Positions 9,628-19,571 of a stretch of DNA of 64,000 nucleotides are shown here, piece after piece. The notes beneath the pieces were generated by a model. The model worked only from the letters and a program-made list of their open reading frames with translations. It was not told where the DNA came from and ran no database searches. Source of the DNA: an uncultured delta proteobacterium. GTDB taxonomy: Bacteria > Myxococcota_A > Polyangia > Polyangiales > Houyiibacteriaceae. The stretch is taken from assembly GCA_963699755.1 (NCBI GenBank), contig CAVOVB010000003.1, forward strand, positions 256,001-320,000. Direction: 5' to 3'. Each line of letters begins with the position of its first letter. Position 1 is the first letter of the stretch. Made by a program: the position numbers and the translations under genes.

Positions 9628-10650
9628 GTGAGCGAAGCAGCAAAGAAGTCTTGGATCGTTTTCGTCTTGGCCGGAGCTTGCTTGCTCATGGGTGGCTCCC
9701 GCACGCCGCACGCCGAGGCGGACGGCAAGACAGTCATTCGATACGCCACGATCGCCCCAGGTGGCTCCGCCTTCGGCAAGGTCCTCAAGGCCTGGGGCCG
9801 AAGTCTCAGCAAGGGGACGGAAGGGCGTGTGGAGCTCCGCTACTACGCTGGTGGGAGCCAAGGTGACGAGCGGGATTTCATTCGGAAGATGCGCGCGGGC
9901 CAGATGGATGCTGCCGGCGTTACGACGATCGGGCTCGGCATCATCGTTCGCCCGGCATTGGTGCTCTCGGCGCCCGGCGTGATCGAGAACTATGAGGACC
10001 TCGCGCGTGTCCGAGCGAAGATGAACGAGCGCTTCGAGAAGATGTTCGAGGATGCGGGCTTCGTGCTGCTGAACTGGTCCGACGCTGGCAAGGGGCGCAT
10101 CATGTCGACGGTGCCCATCCTCAGGCCGGCAGACTTGAAGATGGCCCGTCCCTGGGCTTGGAAGGACGACCCGATCTTCTCGGAGTTCCTCAAGGTAGTC
10201 GGTGCCAACCCGGTGCGACTCGGCGTGCCGGAGGTCTATGCCGGCTTGCAAACCAAGATGATCGACGTGGTTCCGAGCTCGGCGCTGGCAGCGCTCGCGC
10301 TGCAGTGGTTCACCAAGCTCAAGTACATGTCCAAAGACAGCTTCGGGATCATCCTGGGCGCCTCGATCGTGAAGAAGGAGAAGTTCGACCAACTTTCCCA
10401 AGGCGATCAGCAGATTCTAAGAGAAACCGCAAAGCGCGCGGCGGAGGCGCTCGACAAAGTGGTCCGGCGCGACGATGCGAAGGCATTCGACGTTCTCCTC
10501 GAGCGCGGCATCGAGCTGCTCGATACCGGCCCATATCGCGCAGAGTGGGAGCAAGCCGCGAAGGAAACGCGCGACCGGCTCACCGGGCGCATCTTTAGCA
10601 AGAGCTTGCTGGCCGAGGTCGAGGCCGCGGCCGAGGGCACGAGCCCCTGA
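9628..10650 (+). CDS. dctP: TRAP transporter substrate-binding protein (DctP family)
   Basis: Signal peptide; ATIAPGGS, GGSQGDE, EVYAGLQTKMID motifs. Confidence 0.8.
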   Translation: MSEAAKKSWIVFVLAGACLLMGGSRTPHAEADGKTVIRYATIAPGGSAFGKVLKAWGRSLSKGTEGRVELRYYAGGSQGDERDFIRKMRAGQMDAAGVTTIGLGIIVRPALVLSAPGVIENYEDLARVRAKMNERFEKMFEDAGFVLLNWSDAGKGRIMSTVPILRPADLKMARPWAWKDDPIFSEFLKVVGANPVRLGVPEVYAGLQTKMIDVVPSSALAALALQWFTKLKYMSKDSFGIILGASIVKKEKFDQLSQGDQQILRETAKRAAEALDKVVRRDDAKAFDVLLERGIELLDTGPYRAEWEQAAKETRDRLTGRIFSKSLLAEVEAAAEGTSP

Positions 10651-10651
10651 G

Positions 10652-11542
10652 CTATTGCGCCGGCGGGAGGGCCTGAAGCCCATATGAGGGCGACGCGTTC
10701 AAGAAGACCCCCGGCCGGCACTTCATCAGAACCGACTCGAACTCCACGTCCTCGGTCTGACAGCGAAGGCTTTCTCCCAGGTAGTCCTCGGGGGGATACT
10801 CCGCGATCAAGTCGGTGCGATCTTCGACGCAGGAGGCGCTCAGCGTGTAGTCGCCTGGGTCGACGTTGAGAAAGAGGACGCCGCCGTCGAGCGAGGAATA
10901 GGAGCGGCTTCGGTCGGGCAGGACATCGTCGTTGAAGTAGATCGGCCCTTCCTCCGCGTTGTCCATCGGTGCGACGGACACGATGGCGCCCGGCTCTCCA
11001 TGGGCCCCGGGACTCCCGATCGTCTTCCCGACCCTCGTGAGGGTGGTAACCATCTGGCATTTCGCCGGGTCGGCATCGATCATGAGGCCCGCCTCGATCA
11101 GGAAGAAGAGGCCGTTGGTTGGGATCTGGAAGGTCAGGTCATCGAGGTCGCGGTCTGGAACCGTATGGGTCTTCGTATAGGTGAGCGGGTGATTCGGGTG
11201 TTCGAGCACGAGGGTTGCCTGGGCGCCGACCGGCACGCCCTCGATCGTGAATGCACCGTCCTCGTCGCTGGTGGTTTCGAGCTCCGACATCTCCAGAACG
11301 GAAATCGTTGCTCCCTCAATACGACCATACGGTGTGCCGGGAAGCTCAAATGCCCACGCGATGCCGCTGAGCGTCACCGTGGTTCCACCGATACCGCCTT
11401 GACCACCCGCGCCGCCCTGAGCGCCTGCGCCGCCTTGGCCACCGCTTCCAACGCTCGCACTCGAGCTCTCCCCGCAGCCGACGAGCAGCAGCCCGCCTGT
11501 GAGCAGGGCCAAGGAGATCCACTTCGAGCCCAATGTCTTCAT
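10652..11542 (-). CDS. Hypothetical lipoprotein with a Gly-rich tether and carboxypeptidase-regulatory-like beta domain
   Basis: Lipobox LVGC, GGQGG linker, IEGATISV...TSDEDGAFTIEGVP. Start re-chosen. Confidence 0.65.
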   Translation of the reverse strand: MKTLGSKWISLALLTGGLLLVGCGESSSASVGSGGQGGAGAQGGAGGQGGIGGTTVTLSGIAWAFELPGTPYGRIEGATISVLEMSELETTSDEDGAFTIEGVPVGAQATLVLEHPNHPLTYTKTHTVPDRDLDDLTFQIPTNGLFFLIEAGLMIDADPAKCQMVTTLTRVGKTIGSPGAHGEPGAIVSVAPMDNAEEGPIYFNDDVLPDRSRSYSSLDGGVLFLNVDPGDYTLSASCVEDRTDLIAEYPPEDYLGESLRCQTEDVEFESVLMKCRPGVFLNASPSYGLQALPPAQ

Positions 11543-11701
11543 AGCCATATTCCGAGGCCTGCGGAGTACCAAACTTGGCGCCCGAGGGCTAGCGTGAAAC
11601 GAGCCGCGGCTCGTCGAGCGGATCAATTGCAGACGCGCCGGGTGCACGATGCACTTCGGCGCGTCGGCAGGTCACTAGCCCCTGAGAGAGAGGCGCGTCG
11701 C

Positions 11702-12436
11702 TTACTCGAAGCTCGAGAGGTCGGGGAGCTCGTCGAGGTTTGGCTGAAGCGCGATCTCGATGCGGCGGTTGAGGGCACGGCCCTCGGGGGTCTCGTTGTC
11801 CGCGACAGGCTGAGTGTCCGCGTAGGCAGCGGCCGACACGCGGGTCCCCGGAACGCCGTATTCGATGAGGAGCTTGGTCACGTCGATCGCGCGCGCGCCT
11901 GAGAGCTCCCAGTTCGAGGGGAAGCGCTTGGTACGGATCGGCTTGTCGTCGGTGTGACCACCCACCTGGAACTGACGGCCTTTGATGCTGGCGAGGACCG
12001 GCCCGAGCTCGGCGAGAACGCGAATGCCCTCCGGCTTGAGCTTGGCGCTACCGCTTGCGAACAGAACCGCCTCGGGCAGCTCGATGACCATCTTGTTACG
12101 GACGATGCGAACCTTGAGCTTGCCGGAGTCGATCATCGACTTGAGCTGCTTGAGCATGGAGTTGTACTCAGCGAGGCGCGTGGCGGCTTGTTGCTCGCGG
12201 GCGGCGGCCTCGGCCAGAGCAGCTTCCATCGCGTTGATCTCGCCGGTGTAGCCCTTGACGAGCTTGTCGAGATTGGCCTTGTCCTTCTTGCACTGTTCGA
12301 ATGAAGCGCCCGTCTCCTGGCTCGACGCCTCGAGCTCCGCGATGCGAGCGTCCTTCGCCCTAAGCTCGTCCTTCTTACAACCTGCGGTCAGCATCACGCT
12401 GACGGCCAACAAAAGTACCCAGCTAACTTTCTGCAT
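11702..12436 (-). CDS. OmpA/MotB-family peptidoglycan-binding lipoprotein with a coiled coil
   Basis: LTAGC lipobox; LFASGSA, GHTDD, NWELSGARA, NRRIEI motifs. Confidence 0.88.
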   Translation of the reverse strand: MQKVSWVLLLAVSVMLTAGCKKDELRAKDARIAELEASSQETGASFEQCKKDKANLDKLVKGYTGEINAMEAALAEAAAREQQAATRLAEYNSMLKQLKSMIDSGKLKVRIVRNKMVIELPEAVLFASGSAKLKPEGIRVLAELGPVLASIKGRQFQVGGHTDDKPIRTKRFPSNWELSGARAIDVTKLLIEYGVPGTRVSAAAYADTQPVADNETPEGRALNRRIEIALQPNLDELPDLSSFE

Positions 12437-12620
12437 TTGCCCCTCCAAAAGGATTGTTCCCTAAACGGGTCCGGCACCTTATCAAGCAGTTCGGACATGG
12501 CAAGCGCTTGATTTCTTGCACTTTGCCGGACGAATTGCCCCTGATTTTTCCGGGCGGGAACGGGATCCGACCCCGCGCGGGAGGCCCTCGGCTCGCGGCT
12601 CCTCGTCGAGGCTTTGCCGG

Positions 12621-13181
12621 TCAGCCCTTCGAGAGCTCACCCCGGCGCAGCTGCCGGTACATGACGAGCCCCTCTCGGAGGATTCGGAGCGCCTCGTCGC
12701 GCTCCTGCATGCCCTCGACGACAACTTCTTTGTTCTCGAGCGCTTTGTAGTCTTCGAAGAAGCGCCGGATCTCCCGCAGCTTGTGATCGGGGAGATCTGC
12801 GAGCGTTCTTCGTTCTTGGTAGACGGGGTCGTTCGCGCTGATGGCGATGATCTTGTCGTCGATGCCCTTGTCATCGCGCATGCGCATCACACCGATGGCG
12901 CGGGCGTCCATGATGGTGAGAGGCACCACGGGTTCTTGACCAAGGACCAGCGCGTCCAGTGGGTCGCCGTCATCGCAAAAGCTTCGCGGGACGAAACCGT
13001 AGTTGGCTGGATAGTGCACGGCACTGAATAGGACGCGGTCGAGCCTCAGCAGGCCGCTCTCCTTGTCCAGCTCGTACTTGTTCTTGCTCCCCATCGGCAC
13101 TTCGATGACGACTGGGAAGGTCTCTGCGAGTTGATCTTCGTCGATGTAGACGTCGTGCCAGGGATGCATAGGAGTCGCCAT
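12621..13181 (-). CDS. ppa: Family I inorganic pyrophosphatase
   Basis: HPWHD, KYELDK, YPANYGF, DGDPLD, DDKII. Exact start uncertain (13181 or 13169). Confidence 0.93.
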   Translation of the reverse strand: MATPMHPWHDVYIDEDQLAETFPVVIEVPMGSKNKYELDKESGLLRLDRVLFSAVHYPANYGFVPRSFCDDGDPLDALVLGQEPVVPLTIMDARAIGVMRMRDDKGIDDKIIAISANDPVYQERRTLADLPDHKLREIRRFFEDYKALENKEVVVEGMQERDEALRILREGLVMYRQLRRGELSKG

Positions 13182-13307
13182 TTCTATCACCCGTCGAGCC
13201 CTTGGGGCCAGGCCGGGTTTCTCGATTGTTTCGGGGAGGTAAGAAGTGAACGCGGGGGCCGGCTTTCACTGGATCGGCGAACGGTACGCTTCCATGTTAG
13301 CGGAATC

Positions 13308-14798
13308 ATGCCAGCGGAGCTTGAGCAGGCCGTTGGCCTGGCTGGGGACACCACGCTGCTCGACGGCTACGCGCCCCTGCCCAGGACCTACGATGAGCTC
13401 TTTCGAGGGGACGGAAGTCCGCGGGAAGGGGTCTCGGACCTGGTCGCGGAGCTCGACCAGCTCGGAAGGCTCGAGTTCATGACGCGGCAGCGACTGGCCG
13501 AGGGTGCGCTGTTCCGCGGCGGCGTCACGTTCTCGGTGTATTCCGATTCTCAGGGGCAAGAAAAGATCTTCCCCTTTGATCTGATTCCTCGCGTGATCAC
13601 AGCCTCGGCTTGGGAGAAAATCGAGCGCGGGCTGATCCAGCGGGTCACAGCTCTCAACATGTTCCTATCGGACCTCTACGACGGCCAGCGGATCATCAAG
13701 GAAGGGCGCATTCCCGAGTCTATGGTCTTTGGCACGGCCGGCTATCTCAAAGAGCTCCACAGCATCCGGCCGCGCGAAGGTGTCTTCGTCAACATTGCAG
13801 GAATCGACCTGATTCGCGGGTCCGATGGCGAGTTTCTCGTCTTGGAGGACAATCTCCGAACGCCCTCGGGCGTGAGCTACGTGCTCGAGAACCGCGGCGT
13901 GATGAAGCGCGTGTTCCCAGGGGTGTTTCGGCGCAGCCGTGTTCGCACGGTCGAGAGCTATCCGGCTCGACTGGGCGACGCGCTGATGAGCGTCTCTCCG
14001 CGGGACCCAGGCGAGAGTCGCGTCGTCGTGCTCACGCCGGGCTCGTACAACTCGGCGTACTTCGAGCACAGCTTCTTGGCGCGACAGATGGGGTGCGACC
14101 TGGTCCAGGGCAGCGATCTCTTCGTCCACAACGAGCGCGTCTACGTGAAGACCACGACGGGCCCGCAACAGGTCGACGTGATTTACCGGCGGATCGACGA
14201 CGATTTCCTCGACCCCAAAGTCTTTCGTGAAGACAGCGCGCTCGGAGTGCCCGGATTGATCAGGGCGTACGCTGCCGGAAACGTCACCCTCGCCAACGCG
14301 CCTGGCAACGGCGTCGCCGACAACAAGGCGGTGTATCCTTTCGTTCCGGACATGATCCGCTTCTACCTCGACGAGGAGCCGATTCTGGGTCAGGTGCAGA
14401 CCTACATCTGCATGCGTCCAGACGACTGCCAGTACGTCCTCGAAAATCTCGGCGCTCTGGTCGTGAAAGCGGTCGACGGCTGCGGAGGATATGGGATGCT
14501 CTTTGGGCCCCGCGCGAGCCGAAGCGAAATCGACGAATTCGCTCGGAAGATCGAGGCATCGCCGGAGGGCTACATCGCGCAGCCAGTGGTCGAGCTGTCC
14601 ACTTGTCCGACCTGGGTCGCTGGGGAAGCGGTGCCGAGACGAGTCGACCTCAGGCCCTTCGTGCTCACGGGCAAAAGCAGCTGGGTCTTGCCCGGTGGCC
14701 TGACGCGGGTTGCGCTCACTGCCGGTTCCTACGTGGTCAATTCCAGTCAGGGCGGTGGGTCGAAAGACACCTGGGTGCTAGAGGCTCCCGGATCATGA
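13308..14798 (+). CDS. Circularly permuted type 2 ATP-grasp protein
   Basis: [59 protein letters not shown]. Confidence 0.92.
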   Translation: MPAELEQAVGLAGDTTLLDGYAPLPRTYDELFRGDGSPREGVSDLVAELDQLGRLEFMTRQRLAEGALFRGGVTFSVYSDSQGQEKIFPFDLIPRVITASAWEKIERGLIQRVTALNMFLSDLYDGQRIIKEGRIPESMVFGTAGYLKELHSIRPREGVFVNIAGIDLIRGSDGEFLVLEDNLRTPSGVSYVLENRGVMKRVFPGVFRRSRVRTVESYPARLGDALMSVSPRDPGESRVVVLTPGSYNSAYFEHSFLARQMGCDLVQGSDLFVHNERVYVKTTTGPQQVDVIYRRIDDDFLDPKVFREDSALGVPGLIRAYAAGNVTLANAPGNGVADNKAVYPFVPDMIRFYLDEEPILGQVQTYICMRPDDCQYVLENLGALVVKAVDGCGGYGMLFGPRASRSEIDEFARKIEASPEGYIAQPVVELSTCPTWVAGEAVPRRVDLRPFVLTGKSSWVLPGGLTRVALTAGSYVVNSSQGGGSKDTWVLEAPGS

Positions 14799-15793
14799 TT
14801 TCTCGCGTTGCAGGCAACTGTTTTTGGCTCAATCGCTACGTCGAGCGAGCGGGTGGCATGGCGCGCTTGCTGCGCGTGAATCGTGCGTTCGTGCCCGGTG
14901 TCGATCTCCCGCAACTTCACCGTTGGCATCCTCTGGTGGTCGTCGCCGGTGAGGAAGAGCGTTACCGCCGCCACTTTGGCGAAGATGAGAACGGAGAGAC
15001 CGTCCAGGAGTATCTGACCTGGGATCGTCGGAACACGACCTCGGTCGTGGAATCGGTTCGGTGGGCCCGAGAAAACGCGCGCACCGCGCGAGAGATCGTC
15101 AGCTCCGAGATGTGGGAGACCATCAACTCCCTCTGGCACTGGCTCGAGGGCGGGCCGGGTCGGCGGCTCTATCGTTCAGACCGCGACCATTTCTATCAAC
15201 ACATCCGCGAAATGGGTGAGTTGTTCCACGGCCAGGCGGACGAGACGATGCTCAACGGTGAGCCGCTGGCCTTCATGCGCCTAGGACGGTACCTTGAGCG
15301 CGCCAATCAGACGGCGCGCCTCATGGACGTCCACTATCACACCTTTCCCGATGAAGGCACGATCGACGATCCGATTCGCCTGGCGCAATGGTCCGCGCTG
15401 CTGGCCTGCTGTTCTGCCACTGAGCCTTTCCAGAAGCGGTCCTTCGGAACGCCTACGGCGCGCGAAGTCGTGAATTTCTTGCTGTTCGAGCCGGACCTTC
15501 CTCGTTCGGTCTCCCATTGCTTGAGGGCAGCCCGCCATTCCCTCGTGCAGGTTCGGGGGTACGGGTCGAACAGCATCGGGATGGTGTCTACCGCCCTGCT
15601 CGAGGCCTTGCTCAGCCACGTGGACTTGCGCGAGGGGCATCCCATCGTTGGCAACGAGCTCCATGACGAGTTGACTTACCTGGTCGACTCGGTCACCGAC
15701 CTGTGCACCTCGATCGAACAGGAGTTCTTCCACTCGACCGAGCTGCAGACCCAACTTCTTGCGGAGCAAAGCATTGCAGCAGCTCAACAGTGA
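14795..15793 (+). CDS. Alpha-E domain protein
   Basis: MISRVA start with ATGA overlap; ER motifs RYVERA and GRYLERA; ARENAR, PRSV. Confidence 0.9.
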   Translation: MISRVAGNCFWLNRYVERAGGMARLLRVNRAFVPGVDLPQLHRWHPLVVVAGEEERYRRHFGEDENGETVQEYLTWDRRNTTSVVESVRWARENARTAREIVSSEMWETINSLWHWLEGGPGRRLYRSDRDHFYQHIREMGELFHGQADETMLNGEPLAFMRLGRYLERANQTARLMDVHYHTFPDEGTIDDPIRLAQWSALLACCSATEPFQKRSFGTPTAREVVNFLLFEPDLPRSVSHCLRAARHSLVQVRGYGSNSIGMVSTALLEALLSHVDLREGHPIVGNELHDELTYLVDSVTDLCTSIEQEFFHSTELQTQLLAEQSIAAAQQ

Positions 15794-17612
15794 CCTTCTC
15801 GCGATCTGCTACGACAGCCCGGCATCGCCCAAGATCAATTTCAAGAAAGGCAACAGGCCGGACGGGTGGGGCTTTGCCTGGTATCCGCGCGATGGCGTAG
15901 GCGCATCGGTCCTCAAGGACCCGCACGTCGAGTACGACATGGCGGTGGCTACCGCGGTGCAGCGCTGGGACCGCTTTCGTTCCAGCGTTTTCATGTGTCA
16001 CAGCGGCACCCATCGCGGCCGCTCGTTCACCGACACCCATCCATTCGTCCGCAGCCACGCCGGGCGCGACTGGATCTTCGCGCACAACGGGGACCTGGGC
16101 CGCAACCTGAACGTGACCCTTCCCCTCGACGAGGGCCTCGGGTTCGAGCCGGTCGGTCACACCGATTCCGAGCACGCGCTCTGCTGGCTCATGGGCCAGG
16201 TGCGAGCGGTCGGCGCGCGGAGCCTCTCGGATGTGGGCTGGCCGACGATTCGGGGCTGGCTTCGGAAACTGAACGAGCTCGGCACCCTCAATGTGATTTG
16301 GAGCGACGGCCTGCACGTGCTCGCCTATCACGATCAGAAGGGCTTCAACGCGCTCCACTATCTTCGACGACTTCCGCCTCCTTCGTCGATCAAGCTGGAG
16401 TCTGACCTCCTCGAGCTCGATTTGTCGAACTCGGTCGACGAGAATCGCACGTTGACCATCGTCTCGACCCACCCACTCTCCGATGAGCCCTGGACGCAGC
16501 TCGCGCCAGGGGAGATGCGGGTCATCAGCCGCGGGCAGCTGATCGAGACCGGAGAGACGATCGTGCCGCAGTCCGCACAGGCCGGCGGGCCCGGCTGGGC
16601 TCAGGCAAAGACGGATGCGCCTCGACAGAAAGTGAGACCATCCGACCATTTTTCCGATTCGATGCCCGCACCCCCGCTTCCGACGCTCGGCGCGAAAAAG
16701 GGTAGTTGGCACACCTACGACATCACCCACGAGACGGTCTACCGCTACGAAACGCCGGTCGAGACCTCCTCTCACACCGTTCGCCTTCAGCCCGTGCGCG
16801 ACCTGACGCAAGACGTCCTGGAGTACAAGCTCGAGATCTCTCCGCCCGGCCAGTCGTTCTCGTACGAGGACGTGTTTGGCAACCACGTGCTGAGCTTTCA
16901 GATCAGCCAGCCCTATACCGAGCTCTGGGTGCGGGCCTATTCGAAGGTCCGAGTTTACCACGTCAACACTCACTCATCTCTGAGGAGCACGAGCATTCCC
17001 CTGATTTGGATGCCCTGGCAGCGTCAGATGATGAACCCTTTCTTGTTGCCGCCGGAGCTTCCGGAAACAGAGCTTCGCGAGCTTTCCGGCTTCGGGATGA
17101 GCTTTGCGGCGCGCCGCTCCTATGATCTACTCGAGTCACTCATCGATCTCAATGAAGCGCTGCACAGGGACTTCAAGTACATCCCCGGTACGACGACGCT
17201 CGAGACCTCCCCGTTCGATGTGTTCCAGGAGCGGCGAGGGGTCTGTCAGGATTTCGCGAACTTGTTCATCTGCCTCGCTCGCTTGCTCGGCGTGCCGGCT
17301 CGCTACCGCGTCGGCTACATCCACACTGGCGCGGCCTACCACAATCAAATTCAATCGGAAGCGTCGCACGCCTGGGCAGAGGTCTACTTGCCCTCGGTGG
17401 GCTGGCGCGGCTTCGACCCGACCAATGGATGCCTGGTCGACCTCGATCACATCCGCGTCGCCACGGGGCGCAACTACCGCGACGCCACTCCGACGGCCGG
17501 GACTCTCTTTGCAGGGGGCCACGGAGAACGGCTCGACGTGTCAGTGCGGGTCACACGGATAGATGAGGCGCAACCGGCCGAAGCGCAGGCGCAGCGACAG
17601 GCGCAGCAATAG
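15774..17612 (+). CDS. Class II glutamine amidotransferase-like (YafJ/EgtC type) domain fused to a transglutaminase
   Basis: DGWGFAWY, THPF, FAHNG, GHTDSE in the N-half; YDITHETVYRY, DVFGN, GVCQDFA, HAW, FDPTN in the C-half. TTG start with GGAG upstream (alternative 15759). Confidence 0.85.
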   Translation: MQQLNSDLLAICYDSPASPKINFKKGNRPDGWGFAWYPRDGVGASVLKDPHVEYDMAVATAVQRWDRFRSSVFMCHSGTHRGRSFTDTHPFVRSHAGRDWIFAHNGDLGRNLNVTLPLDEGLGFEPVGHTDSEHALCWLMGQVRAVGARSLSDVGWPTIRGWLRKLNELGTLNVIWSDGLHVLAYHDQKGFNALHYLRRLPPPSSIKLESDLLELDLSNSVDENRTLTIVSTHPLSDEPWTQLAPGEMRVISRGQLIETGETIVPQSAQAGGPGWAQAKTDAPRQKVRPSDHFSDSMPAPPLPTLGAKKGSWHTYDITHETVYRYETPVETSSHTVRLQPVRDLTQDVLEYKLEISPPGQSFSYEDVFGNHVLSFQISQPYTELWVRAYSKVRVYHVNTHSSLRSTSIPLIWMPWQRQMMNPFLLPPELPETELRELSGFGMSFAARRSYDLLESLIDLNEALHRDFKYIPGTTTLETSPFDVFQERRGVCQDFANLFICLARLLGVPARYRVGYIHTGAAYHNQIQSEASHAWAEVYLPSVGWRGFDPTNGCLVDLDHIRVATGRNYRDATPTAGTLFAGGHGERLDVSVRVTRIDEAQPAEAQAQRQAQQ

Positions 17613-18555
17613 ATCCTCTGCGAAGTAGGGCCCGCCACTCTTCGGCGCTGTGGGAGCACGGGCTCGTGCTGGCGTAGAAATCCCGGAATACCCGCAGGAA
17701 GCGCGCGGGGTCGTTCTGGTGCGGGAAGTGCCCGCTGTTGGTGAAGATCTCAATCCTACTGTCGGGCATGGCAGCGTGAATCTGGTATGCGTGTGCGACC
17801 GGAATCACCCCATCTCGGTCTCCCCAAACCAGAAGCGTCGGCATGTTTCGTGCCAGGTAGCAGCGGTCGAGCATCGTGATCGCCTGCCCGCGCCAGTCGA
17901 CGGCTGCGCGGAGCGTGCGCACGAAGGCTCTGCGCGACGCCGCGTTCGGCAGCGCATCGAAGACTCGGGTGAGTTGCTCGGCGTCGTGGCCGACTTTCGT
18001 CTTCAGGGCTTTGAGGAGCGCAAACGCGACTTGGCCGATCGCCCGTGCGCCCGGCGCGCCGAGAAGAGGCAAGACGAGGTCTGCATTGGGGGCTGAGGCG
18101 AATCGGAGCGCTGGATGCACCTCATGGCTGACTCCCCCGGTGCTGACCAGAACCAAGCGCTCGCAGCGTTCGGGGAATTGATAGGCAAACTGCATGGCGA
18201 CGCCGCCGCCGAGAGAGTGTCCGACGACCGTGACGCGGTCGATGTCGAGCACGCTCAACAGGTCGCGCATGGCATTGGCATAGGCGCCGATCGAGTAGTC
18301 TGCCCGCGGCTTGTCGGACTTGCCGTGCCCGAGGAGGTCGGGCGCAATGACGGTATGGTCTCGGGCGAGGTCCGGAATGAGGTCGCGCCAGCTCTCGGAG
18401 CTGTCGCCGATCCCGTGAATCAGCAGAACCGCGGGGCCCTGTCCGGTGAGGATGAACGCGCGGTGATAGCCGTGAATCGTTCGGTACTGAATCCCCGCGT
18501 GAGCTGAAGCTCGGGTCGCGCGCAGCTGAACAGGAAACCGAATGACGTTTCTCAC
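17551..18555 (-). CDS. Alpha/beta hydrolase
   Basis: LIHGIG, PDLLGHG, nucleophile GHSLGG, WGDRD, SGHFP. Start uncertain. Confidence 0.88.
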   Translation of the reverse strand: MRNVIRFPVQLRATRASAHAGIQYRTIHGYHRAFILTGQGPAVLLIHGIGDSSESWRDLIPDLARDHTVIAPDLLGHGKSDKPRADYSIGAYANAMRDLLSVLDIDRVTVVGHSLGGGVAMQFAYQFPERCERLVLVSTGGVSHEVHPALRFASAPNADLVLPLLGAPGARAIGQVAFALLKALKTKVGHDAEQLTRVFDALPNAASRRAFVRTLRAAVDWRGQAITMLDRCYLARNMPTLLVWGDRDGVIPVAHAYQIHAAMPDSRIEIFTNSGHFPHQNDPARFLRVFRDFYASTSPCSHSAEEWRALLRRGSIAAPVAAPALRPVAPHLSV

Positions 18556-18689
18556 GAAGGCGAGAATATCGTCGCAGGCAGCGTTTCGCACCTCCCAAGG
18601 ACGCGATTCGGACGATGTTGCGGCGCAGACATGCGCATGAAACCAAATAGAAATCACGATCGCTCGAGAAACCTGCTACTCCGGATTCG

Positions 18690-19571
18690 ATGAAGATCGA
18701 GGTCGACCATTTGACCGAATATCGCTACGAGCGACCGGTTGGCTTCGGCGAGCATTCGCTGTACCTCCGACCGCGCGAGAGTCAGACGGTTCACGTCGCC
18801 TCGTTCGCGCTCGAATGCTCCCCAGTCGCCAAGATTCGTTGGGTCCGTGACTGTTTCAACAACGTCGTTGCCGTTGCGAGCTTTGGCGCGGCCCAGGCGT
18901 CCTTGCTCTCGTTCCACTGTCGGATGGCGTTCGACGTGGTCGAGGAGAATCCGTTCGATTTCATCCTGGAAGCGCGCGCCCATGACTTTCCCTTCAGCTA
19001 CGACGATCGAGAGAAGAGCGCGCTCCGACCGTACCTCGAGCCCGACGAGTCGGCGCGCTGGAGGGTGCTCGATTGGGTCCGCGCAACGACCGGCCTCTCC
19101 GCAGAGAGCAGAAATACGATTTCGTTCCTGACTGACCTCAACCTCGCCATCTATCGGAACATCGCCTACGAGCGTCGCGACGAGGAAGGCACGCAGAGCG
19201 CAAACCAAACACTCGAGCGTGGCACGGGGTCTTGCCGCGACATGGCTGAGCTCCTCGTCGCCATCAGTCGGCAGCTCGGTCTCGCCGCCCGCTTCGTCAG
19301 TGGATATCTTTACGAGCCTCAGCCTCCGGACGGGACCCTTGGGTTCAACCGCGCTGCTGGCTCGATGCACGCCTGGGCCGAGGTATATCTCCCGGGCGCG
19401 GGGTGGCGTGGGTTCGACCCGACGAACGGGATTCTGACCGACCACCGCTTCCTGACCTCCGCGGTGGCGAACCAGCCCGACTGGGTGAATCCGATCCAGG
19501 GGCAGTATTTCCATGCCGGAGGGGTTCGCTCGCAGATGAGCGTGAGACTGCAGGTCACGGGGGGGCTTTGA
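18690..19571 (+). CDS. Transglutaminase-like protein (N-terminal domain plus catalytic core)
   Basis: HLTEYRY, GSCRD (Cys), HAWAEVY (His), GFDPTNG (Asp). Confidence 0.9.
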   Translation: MKIEVDHLTEYRYERPVGFGEHSLYLRPRESQTVHVASFALECSPVAKIRWVRDCFNNVVAVASFGAAQASLLSFHCRMAFDVVEENPFDFILEARAHDFPFSYDDREKSALRPYLEPDESARWRVLDWVRATTGLSAESRNTISFLTDLNLAIYRNIAYERRDEEGTQSANQTLERGTGSCRDMAELLVAISRQLGLAARFVSGYLYEPQPPDGTLGFNRAAGSMHAWAEVYLPGAGWRGFDPTNGILTDHRFLTSAVANQPDWVNPIQGQYFHAGGVRSQMSVRLQVTGGL

